This document shows, piece by piece, positions 50,255 through 60,000 of a stretch of 60,000 bases of DNA (positions within the stretch are counted from its first letter, which is position 1; every line of letters begins with the position of its first letter). The notes under the pieces are model-generated. The model saw only the letters and a program-made list of their open reading frames with translations. It was not told the origin of the DNA and did not search any database. A program made the translations under genes and the position numbers. Origin of the DNA: Camelus dromedarius (Eukaryota); contig NC_087437.1 in the NCBI RefSeq assembly GCF_036321535.1, positions 77,254,001-77,314,000 of the forward strand, given 5' to 3'.

Positions 50255-50390
50255 TCTGACTCTAATTTACTGGATATGTGACCTTGGTTAAATGATTAAA
50301 CAGCCTTTTCTAAGCCCTAATTTCTTACTCTATCAAGACTTAGCCACTCTACAGGTTGTTTTTTGAGTATGAAATAATGTGTGGAAAGAT
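50255..50390 (+). mobile_element. MIR fragment
   Basis: TTTACTGGATATGTGACCTTGGTTAAATGATTAAAC..TAAGCCCTAATTTCTT resembles the MIR core. Confidence 0.6.
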
Positions 50391-50599
50391 TTATACAAAG
50401 GGGAATTTTTTTAATCATTTCTCTTCGTTTCAGGATTAAAAATGGAAATCAGAATACTAGAGTTAGTCAGTACCTTGAAACTTACTCATCCAGAGTGATT
50501 TTGCATTTGAGAGGAGAGACGTGGAGAAGATAAATGACTTGACCAAGGTAACAGTATTCAAATATAGGTTTCATTGTTTTTGGATCCAGAACTGTTTTA

Positions 50600-51543
50600 T
50601 TTTTTTCCTTTTTATTTTTTAATAGTAGTATACTTGACATGCAATATTATATTAGTTTCTGGTGTACAACATAGTGATTTGACATTTATATACATTATGA
50701 ATTGATCACCATAATAAGTCTAGTAGCCATCTGCCACCACATAAAGTTATTACAATATTATTTATAATCCTTATGCTGTACAGTACATTCTCATGACTTA
50801 ATTATTTTATAACTGAAAGTTTGAACCTCTTAATCCCCTTCACTTATTTTGCTCAACCCCTGTCCCATTTGTTCTCTGTATCTATGAGTCTGTTTCTGGT
50901 TTGTTTCATTTGTTCATTTGTTTTTTAAAATTCCATATATAAGTTGAATCATACAGTATTTGTCTTTTCCTGTCTAACTTATTTCACTTAGCATAATGCC
51001 TTCTAGGTTCACGAATATTGTTGCAAAAGGCAAGATTTCATTCTTTTTTATGTCTAAGTAGTGTCCCATTCTTTTATCCATTCATCAGTCAATGGACACT
51101 TGTCACTTCCAAATCTTAGCTACTGTAGATAATGCTGCAATGAACATAGGGGAGCATATAATCTTTTCAAATTAATGTCTTTATTTTCTTTTGATAAAAT
51201 ACTCAGAAGCAGAATTGCTAGATCATATGGTAATTCTATTTTTAATATTTTTAGAAACTTCCATGCAGTTTTCCATAGTGGCCGCATCAATTTACAGTCT
51301 CATTAGAAGTGCACACAGGTTCTATTTTCTCCACAGCCTCGCCAACACTTATTATTTGTTGTCTTTTTGATATAGCCATTCTGGCAGCTGTGAGGTGGTA
51401 TCTCATTGTGTTTTGAATTGCATTTCTCTGGTGATTAGTGATGTTGAGTATCTTTTCATGTGTCTGTTGGCCATCTGTACGTCTTCTTTGGAAAAATGTC
51501 TATTTGGGCCCTCTGCCCATTTTAATCAGGTTGTTTGTTTTTT
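50600..51543 (-). mobile_element. 5'-truncated L1 (ORF2 C-terminus plus 3'UTR; L1MA9/L1MB-age)
   Basis: TAGCCATTCTGGCAGCTGTGAGGTGGTATCTCATTGTG, GGAAAAATGTCTATT, with T-tail at about 50600. Imperfect TSD CAGA(A/G)CT(G/A)TTTTA at 50587-50599 and 51544-51556. Confidence 0.9.
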
Positions 51544-52798
51544 CAGAGCTATTTTAGAATCACAATTTTTATATTTTTCCAGTTGTATGGATCTGTATTT
51601 CAGACAAAAATTTTAATTATTTCCATCTATGACTTATAGATCTGTACTAGAAGGAATAGAAATAAATTACATTCCTGTTTATTATGTTATTTGACACTTT
51701 TGTTGTTTTATTTATTAAATATTTTATGAAGGCTTCTGACAAGAAAAAAAATCTGATTTGTTTCAGCTAAGAATTAAGTGGTAAAAATAGAGTACCTAAA
51801 AGAATAAAAGAAGTAAAAAATGAAAGGAGCTTAGATACTGTGTAGAGTAAACATTGAAATATTATTTAATCAATATTTAATTTGTAATTTTCTTTCTTCA
51901 ATCTCTTTAGGAGTTTGGGGATGGTGCATACAATTTGAGTTTGTTCTGTTCTTTGGAAAAATTTTTCTTATCTATGTCAATCTCTCATATCAGTAATAGG
52001 TATATTTCTTATTTTGGAATATAATGAAAAAAGTAATTATCTCATTAAAATAATAATATAATCCTTTGTGAGATAAATCACGAGAATCTGAACTGTAGCC
52101 TAGAATACATCCATTCTTTCATTAATGTAGCCAAATTCAGTTGAGTATCTACCGTGTACATACTGTTATTTATTTAATTATATGCTTTTATGGATGCAAA
52201 GGTAAACCAGAGAGATATCCTGAGAGAAAAAAAGAACACAAGGATAATAACATATTGTGAAAAAAGTATTAAATATTAAGAAAATATTGAACTTGAAGCC
52301 TAGATTGGATTTGTGCATGTAATTGGTACCATCATAAAGGTACAGTGGCAGGAAAGCAAGTTTGGGTGGAAGACAGGGTACATAAAAGCAACCAGTTGGG
52401 AATAACTCTTTTCCAATTGCTTCCTTGTGTGTAACGTCCATACTTACCTGGTTTGAATTTTGCTACTCAGTTTTATTCTTTACTATGAGAGCAGCACAGA
52501 TTGTTAAATTGGCAAGTTACAAAATTCAATACTGTGATTGTATACCACCCAAAGTGCATAAAATCCTTTAAATTCATTAAAATGTGTATTTTTAAAGCAC
52601 AGCAGCCAATATTTGTGAAGTATTTGATTGCTTTAAGCAAAAAAGCAATTTTACCTCCCATGGCCAAAACAAGAAATCCTCAAAGGGTAAATTGAGCTTT
52701 GTCTGCCAATATGCAGTTTTAATCTTACCTCTTCTATTAGTAGCTTATGTCTCACAATAAAGGTTAAAGGCATATGGGAAAAAAGAAGAGGTAAAAAG

Positions 52799-52852
52799 TG
52801 GATATATGTCCAGGAGTGGGATTGCTGGAGCATATGGTAACTCTATTTTTAG
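52799..52852 (-). mobile_element. Isolated 54-bp internal L1 ORF2 fragment
   Basis: TGGATATATGTCCAGGAGTGGGATTGCTGGAGCATATGGTAACTCTATTTTTAG is nearly identical to the L1 segment at about 54594-54646. Confidence 0.8.
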
Positions 52853-53977
52853 ACTGTACTTCAATAAAAAATATGAACTAACTTATAGAAATCATGGATC
52901 ACACCCTGGAAAAAAAAAAGCTATACAAATTACTGGAGTTGAAAAAAAAAAAGCATCAGAAATGTCACAACCCTGTAAATATTTTTTCTACTTTTCTATC
53001 ATTATTATTTTGGATCTAGCAAGAGTCTGTAAGATCTCCCCACCCAGTTAGAGAATAGTGTTCTTGCTTCTGGGAAACAAGGCTATTTTTGCAGGACAAG
53101 CAATGCTGATGATTGTCTAAGACATATGAAGGAAAGAGAGACCTGGGCACAGCACTACAGCTTACTTTCACGTTTGGTGTTTGGGAGGCTTTTGTAATGG
53201 AAGAATGTATTTTTCTGCATTTTAAATAATAAATAGTAACCAGCAGTTTATGAATTAAATAAAAGTTTCTTGCTTGAGTATGTTAAAACACTAAAAACAC
53301 TTAAAGAGTGAAAACCAAAATATGTATAAATGGACACATCCCCTATGGAGATGCGAGATTGTACTTGGTGCTCAGTATTTGTTGAAGCAGAGAGGAAATG
53401 CACCCAAACCAACCTGTATACAAAGGGCAGACACGTCTCACTGTAAATGGGTGTGCCTTTTAAAACATAATACACTCTGACCAAATTTAGTAAGGGAGGC
53501 ACTAGAATTTATCAATGATAATGATAGAGGCTACCATATTCAGGTATCTCTATGTGGTAATTAGTAAAGTGTTTTTTTCTTAAGACTGTAAGGTTTATGA
53601 AGATGATACAAAGATTGACTGAGAATGGTCTTTAAATATAAAGGGGGTGTAGTGTGTGTTCTGATACCAGTCCATGGTTCCTCTTCACAAAGCTCCTTGA
53701 AGGGGGGGACTCTACCTTGTTCACAGTTCTATTCCTAAGGACTATCCCTGTACCGTGGAACACGGTTAATCAGTCAGTATTTGTTGAATGAATGTAAGAA
53801 TGAATGAGCAAATAAATGATTATATGTAATTAAGAAGGTGTAATAATCTATTAAGCATGAAGCCATGTAATGGGTCTCTCTAGTGTCCAGTTCTCTTCCA
53901 TGGTTCCCACATTTTGAGATCTGTTATCAGTATTCTTCCTTTTTGTTCCCTTTTGGCTTTAATCAATCAATCAGAAC

Positions 53978-54053
53978 TTTTTTTTTTTTTTTACTGCAGT
54001 ATAGTTGATTTACAATGTTGTGTTAGTTTCAGCTGTACAGAAAAGTGATTTGT

Positions 54054-54086
<33 letters not shown>

Positions 54087-55168
54087 TATTTTTCAGATTT
54101 TTTCCATTATAGGTTATTATGCGATATTAAATAAAATTCCCTGTGCTATATAGTAGGTCCTTGTTGTTAATCTATTTTATATATAGTAGTGTGTATATAT
54201 TAATCCCAAACACCTAATTTATCCCTGTCCCCACGTTCTTTCCCCTTTGGGAGCCATAGTTTGTTTTCTATGTGAGTCTGTTTCTGATTTGTAAATAAGT
54301 CATTTGTGTCATTTCTTTAGATTGCACATATAAGTGATATCATATAATATGTGTCTTTCTGTGTCTGACTTCTTTCATTTAATATGATAATCTCTACATC
54401 CATCCATGTTGCTACAAATGGCATTATTTTAGTCTTTTATGGCTGAGTAGTATTCCATTGTGGTGTGGTGTGTGTGTGTGTGTGTGTGTGTGTTTGTTGA
54501 TGGACATTTAGGTTGCTTCCATGTCTTGGCTATTGTAATAGTGCTGCTCTGAGTATTGGAGGGCATGTATCTTTTCAAATTAGAGTTTTCTCCAGATATA
54601 TGCCCAAGAGTGGGATTGCTAGATCATATGGTAACTCTATTTTTAGTTTTTTAAGAAATAGCCATACTGTTCTGCATAGTGGCTGCACCAATTTACATTC
54701 CTACCAACAGTGTAGGAGGATACCTTTTTCTCCACACCCTCTCCAGCATTTATTGTTTGTAGACTTTTTGATGATGGCCATTTTGACGAGTGTGAGGTGA
54801 TACCTCATTTTAGTTTTGATTTGCATTTCTCTGATAATTAGCAACGTTGAACATCTTTTCATGTGCCTGTGGCTATCTGTATGTCTTTTTTGGAGAAATG
54901 TCTATTTAGGTCTTCAGCCATTTTTTTGATTGGGCCGTTTGTTTGTTTGCTATTAAGCTGTATGAGCTGTTTGTACATTTTGGAAATTAATTCTTTGTTG
55001 GTCACATCATTTGCAAATATTTTCTTCTACTTAATAGGTTGTCTTTTTGTTTTGTTTATGATTTTCTTTGCTGTGCAAAAGCTTTTAAGTTTATCTAGGT
55101 CCCATTTGTTAATTTTTGCTTTTATTTCCATTGCTCTAGCAGACAGATCCCCAAAAAAATATTGCTGC
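53978..55168 (-). mobile_element. 5'-truncated L1 (ORF2 C-terminus plus 3'UTR) containing (TA)n and (TG)n microsatellites
   Basis: Poly(T) at 53978-53992 and L1 3'UTR homologous to 9381-10260. ORF2 antisense motifs such as GCTGTGCAAAAGCTTTTAAGTTT. (TA)n at about 54054-54080 and (TG)n at about 54468-54493. Confidence 0.92.
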
Positions 55169-55734
55169 AAGAATAATATATTTTTAACCTAACTTTTAAA
55201 CCTGAGAATAAGAATGTAATGATACAGCTCTGTCTCTCATTCCTATTCTTGAAGGCCTAAGAAATTCTTAGGGAAGACACCTGTTTAACTTTCATATGGT
55301 TCTTTGGTTTGTAGGAAGGGGTCAGTATTCTTTAGCTCTAGCAAGTGCATTTTACCCTGCAGTCCAAGACAACTGGGAGGACAGGGGTGCTGAGGAGTGA
55401 TACAGAAAGCAGAATTCTTTTTAGAAGTCTCTCTTTGGAGTCTTTACTGAAAATTAATCTATTGTTTATACCACTATATAATCTACTAATCTACTGCACT
55501 ACTGCAAAGCTTTCTGTGTGGCCAAGTACCAAGGATGTCCACCCAAATAGTTGATAAGAGTTTAATAAAGATGATTGGCAAAGGCAAGGTTTAAGGAAAC
55601 CAACAAGGGCTAGAGCAGTACTTGGGACCAAGTAACAATGGAGAGCTGTTACCACCTAGGACTGGAGGGGCATCCCCACCTGGGCAGCTGTAATGGAGTG
55701 TAGCCTGACAGGAACTGGGACCCGTGGTAGAGGT

Positions 55735-55756
55735 CACACACACACACACACACACA
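55735..55756. repeat. (CA)n microsatellite
   Basis: CACACACACACACACACACACA seen directly. Confidence 0.95.
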
Positions 55757-57875
55757 GCAATACACAGCAACCTGGGAGGGGCCTGGCAAAATGAACACTT
55801 ACTCTCTCCTGTCTGCTCTTCTCCCGTCAGTGTCAACAAGAGGCCTGAGGGTAAGGAAGCCTTTGATAAGTTCGTGACGCCAGCTCCCTACGCAGACCAG
55901 GGTATGAAATTGTAGATCATGGTTCTGGAAGGGCAAAGATTAGCTGTCTCATTACACACTACTTTCCACCAGTCTAGCTCTGCTCCCAAACTAGACCCCC
56001 AGTACTAGCCAAGAGAGATCTTCAGAGAAACGTTGCTCTTTTATAATGTGGGTAATTCTGTGATTTAAGAAAATGTGACCCACCAAATTCTGACTTCCAG
56101 CTGGTCAATGAAAAGGTGATTATTCACATTGCAAACAGATTTACACAGAACTCCCTCTACAGGGAGCTCTCTTAATGAAGTTGTGAAACTGATTTATGCA
56201 CATGATTTTAGGTGTGTAGCAGTCACAGAGTTTTGATAGGTAGAAATCTATTCATGCATGGCTGTATCACTGTTACCTATTTTAGACTCCTTGTTCACCA
56301 AAACGTAGAAAAAGCCTTCCTGCTTATTTTGCTTTTCCTAGCACTAGTCAAGAGCCTCATTTATGGACATAAGTGTTTAATAATCATCTTTTTTTTCTTT
56401 TGTTTCGAATTATATTAAGATAACAATGGGGGCTGTCATGAATACTTCTTTCACTTCTTGGTGGTTGAGTTGTAGGTTAACTACCCATGGTCTTGTCTAT
56501 AGTGTTAAAAAGAAGAGCTGCGTCCAGTAGTTCAGTGACATCCTTTTACCAAGAAAAGAGAAATGGAATAAAGGCCCAGGATGAGAAAGAGATAGCAGCC
56601 CTTCTCATGAACTTCAACACAAGCAGTTTATGGGTTTTTAATGGTAAAAAAACTATTTTTTCCTGGCCATTTGTCATGCCTCCCCTTACAGTAATCCCAT
56701 TTCACTCTTAATAATGCCCATTATTCTGGACTATTATGTGATTTCTCTTCTGTTTTCTTAGAAAATAGGAGATTTCTTCTTAAAAGAGAAGCAGACAGAA
56801 AGATGCTAAAAATGAGTATGGGGAACAGATGCCAAAACTAGAATTAGTGCTCAGAAATTCCTAATGATGCTGTAATTCCCAGAGGGAAATATTTATTTAT
56901 GTAAAGGCATTTGGTTAATTATTTATAGAAGTAAAACTCGGGAAAATTCCACTCTCACTGTTTTGATCAACATATACTGTCCCTAGAGGCCTTGTCTCCT
57001 GCCATATGGGTTTCCATTCTCAGAAGCAGAAAGTCCCCATTTGCTCCTAACCTTGATATTGCCTTCTTTAAATATGAAATTTATAATAGTCATAATAACA
57101 CTGATTTTCTGTGTTTATCAGATGCACCTTTTTATAGCCTGGTTGTCCTTAAATATATATATATATATTCTCCATTTATACTGGAAAGACATAAATATGG
57201 AATGTCTTAATGGAATCCAAAAACCAGGATATATGTTTGCTTGACTAACATCATCAGCTGGGGTGACACCACTCAGTATCTAAGATTTAATGGCCCTTCC
57301 ATACATGTCTGATAATGCCAAGCACTACTTCATGCTCCAGAAGAGGCCAAAGAAAGGCCCAGATAATCTTGAACTTGGCAAATGGAAGGTAGGAGAAGGG
57401 GAGGGTGAAGGCAATCATTTATTTAAAACACATGCAACTTGGAATTTTCCTTTCGTAATAAAAGAAGAGAGAGGAGGTGTTAAAATGTAGCAGGTTTTTA
57501 ATGGTAAAAGTATTCTAAAAATAGAAAGTTTATTTATGAAAATATTTCCTAGGAAGTTACCAAGCTCCCCAGGCACGAAAAGCACTTCCTGCATGAGTAG
57601 TTTACACCTTTGTACACCCTGTTTCTTTTTTCTGTGATTTTTAAATATCTATTTGAAAAATAATAATTTTATAATGGCCACTCAAGTGAAAAGTATTGAG
57701 AGGAATCATCTAATTCTAATGACAATAATAGTCAAAGGTACAAATCACTCCTATTCATTCTTACATTTTAATGCAAGGGCTTTTCGGGATCATACTGAAA
57801 ATTTATCATGAAAGAGCATGATTGGTAGTCATTACCTGTTCAGAAGCAAATGTGAAAACATAATGGTCCAAACAC

Positions 57876-58058
57876 TTTATTAAAAAAAGATTTAGGCTTG
57901 TAATAGAGACACACAACTTTACTGTGCCCTTCATATAACCAGTAATTCTCAGTTCAATCAGCTGAAATAATATTTTATTAAAAAGATTTAGGCTTATATC
58001 AAAGGCACACACTTCATAGTGTCCCTCATAATAACAATAATCCCTAGTTCAATCAACT
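57876..58058. repeat. Diverged two-copy tandem duplication, period about 98 bp
   Basis: TTTATTAAAAA(AA)GATTTAGGCTT...CACAC...AGTTCAATCA(G/A)CT at 57876-57963 and 57974-58058. Confidence 0.85.
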
Positions 58059-59772
58059 TACTTAGAGAATTTTCACTTAAGGGAAATTAACAAAACAATT
58101 TTTCTTTTTTCTGATGTCAGATAAGAAGGCCATTGCCATCCTTCAGGGCTTACATCTTTCTAGCTCAGTGGAGTTTGCATGCAAAACTCAAACAAGAGCT
58201 GGATGGTGATTAAAAACCTTTTAGCATGTTGGACAGGGTCCTATACTGACGATGATCATTTTCATATTTTCTGGAACAACCCAAAGATTGCATAATTCTG
58301 AGGGAAAATAATAGGGAAAGCAAGCCAAAACTGTGGGCTGAATATGTCTTTTTGTCCTTCAAAACACCGCCTTCTGTGTGTTGCAACTGAGTGTCTGGAG
58401 AAGGGAAGTGAAAGATGCTTGCCAGCGTTGTGAAACCATGGCTTGGGAGAGAACAACACGAGGTGTTAGCATCATACTAAATGACATTCTTGAAGAATTA
58501 CTTACAGCTGTACTGCCTAAAGTTTCACCAACCTCGCCATCAGCCATGCTTCCTTCTTTTGAAACTCTACCAAAATATACTTCTACGCTCTAAAATGCTG
58601 GACAATTAGATGGATTTGTAACTAAATTATAAACTGTCATGTTGAAGGGCTGATTTCCTCTCTCCCAGTAGGAAAGGATATGAGATTATCAGAAAATGAT
58701 GGCACTTGCTCTCTCTGATGATTTAGAAAGAACTTTTGTAGGCAAAAATACCGCATGTATAAAATTGGCATAGTCAGTCAGCAGTAATGGGTGACCTTTG
58801 GCAAAGGAAGGGGTGACACTCCCAAAACACAATGATCTGGGGCCAGTGCCAAAAGAGGGAAAAACTAGAGTAACTAAGGTGAATTCAAAAGAATATTCCT
58901 GGGTTTAGCACTTGCAGTAAAATTCTAGAAAATGCTGAGAGACTGAATAAAGAGGCAAAGTTATGTCAAGCCTCATTAAACTGCATGAGAAAAAGCTTAA
59001 ACCATTGGCTTCAGCAAAGTTACTGAATTGCAGTACAGGTTTTTCCAGGAAGTTTGAGTTTATGTGTAGATGGTATACTAGTTTTTGATAATTTATATAA
59101 TATATTCCTTTAATTAAATATTTTAGTTGTGTGGCTAATAGTAGATATTCCCAAGAGTACAGGGGGTGGGGGATGGAGGAAATATGCCAAAATTAATTAT
59201 CTGGTAGAATTTAAAAAAAAGTGTGACTAGGGGTATAGTAAATGTCATAAACAGGTGTTGAAATCCAAGATGGATGGTTATCACCACCAGTGTTTTCATG
59301 TTTATCATCTTCACAGGCCAGGGTCCCACGAATGTAAGTCATCTAACTAAGATCACACACATTCTAGATGACTCCTGTCAAATTAAACTCCTATATAAAG
59401 TTCAACTCTCATGCAACTTATGTTGAATTATAGTTCAGGATATGGAAAGGAATTTGCAAACATCATTGTGGAAAGGCCATCTAAGAATAGTTTGATGAAG
59501 ATTATATTTTTGTTTATTTTGTTGGCCTCAAAAAAGATTTAAATATTATTTTTTAAAATTGTTATTTATATTAATTAATATATTGTTGTTAATCAAATGT
59601 TACTTATCTCAATGATAAAATTTAATTCTAGCTAAAGATTTCAAAAGTATGGCATACATGCCTGAAAATATATTAGGGTAGAATTTTAAGCCCAAAACTT
59701 GCTAATATTCAACAAAGGAAGTTGGTGCTTATCAGGAAGCAGAATTGATTCACTAAAGCCATGATAATCTTT

Positions 59773-59920
59773 TCTTTTTCTTTTTTTCTTTTTCTATTTT
59801 TCTTTTTCTTTTTCTTTCCTTTTCTTTCTTTTCTTTCTTTCACAGAGGTACTGGGGGTTGAACACAGGACCTCATGCATGCTAAGCATGCACTCTCCCAC
59901 TGAGCTGTATCTATCCCCTC
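59773..59920 (-). mobile_element. tRNA-derived SINE (camelid Vic-1-like)
   Basis: On -: AGCTCAGTGGGAGAGTGCATGCTTAGCATGCATGAGGTCCTGTGTTCAACCCCCAGTACCTC followed by a long A/GA-rich tail. Same family as 5024-5199. Confidence 0.9.
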
Positions 59921-60000
59921 CACAGTCTTTTCAACAGACATTTGGAGACTTCTCCCCTGAAGATAATGTAAAACAACATGTGCAGTTACATAGATTTGTA

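Noticed and set aside
52440..52451. U1 snRNA 5' end (ATACTTACCTGG)
   Set aside because: The match stops after 12 nt with no U1 body. It is better read as a - strand splice donor or chance.

Overview
This is AT-rich mammalian non-coding DNA, most likely from a camelid. The two tRNA-derived SINEs match my recollection of the camelid Vic-1 family. No intact protein-coding gene is visible. Most listed ORFs are chance ORFs, degraded L1 ORF1/ORF2 pieces, or pieces of one retrocopy. The window is dense in interspersed repeats: L1, HAL1, L2, MIR, MaLR/ERV solo LTRs, hAT-Charlie MERs and SINEs. The most informative structure is a composite at 20.3-28.6 kb. An old L1 5' half (+) is followed by an intronless, frameshifted IQCM retrocopy (+, about 22696-24034) that lacks the IQ-motif segment. 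The retrocopy is fused tail-to-tail, via a 4-bp TGGT overlap, to a 5'-intact, 3'-truncated L1 on the - strand. Other notable items are a tailless 5'-half tRNA-Lys(CTT) retrocopy with a target-site duplication (TSD) directly beside a twin-primed L1, a templated-insertion scar in L1 ORF2, a diverged ~98-bp tandem duplication, and a strong minus-strand bias of LTRs and young L1s that suggests an intron of a + strand gene. I see no evidence for a genuinely new biological system. Family and gene names come from memory, not from database searches, and repeat boundaries are approximate.
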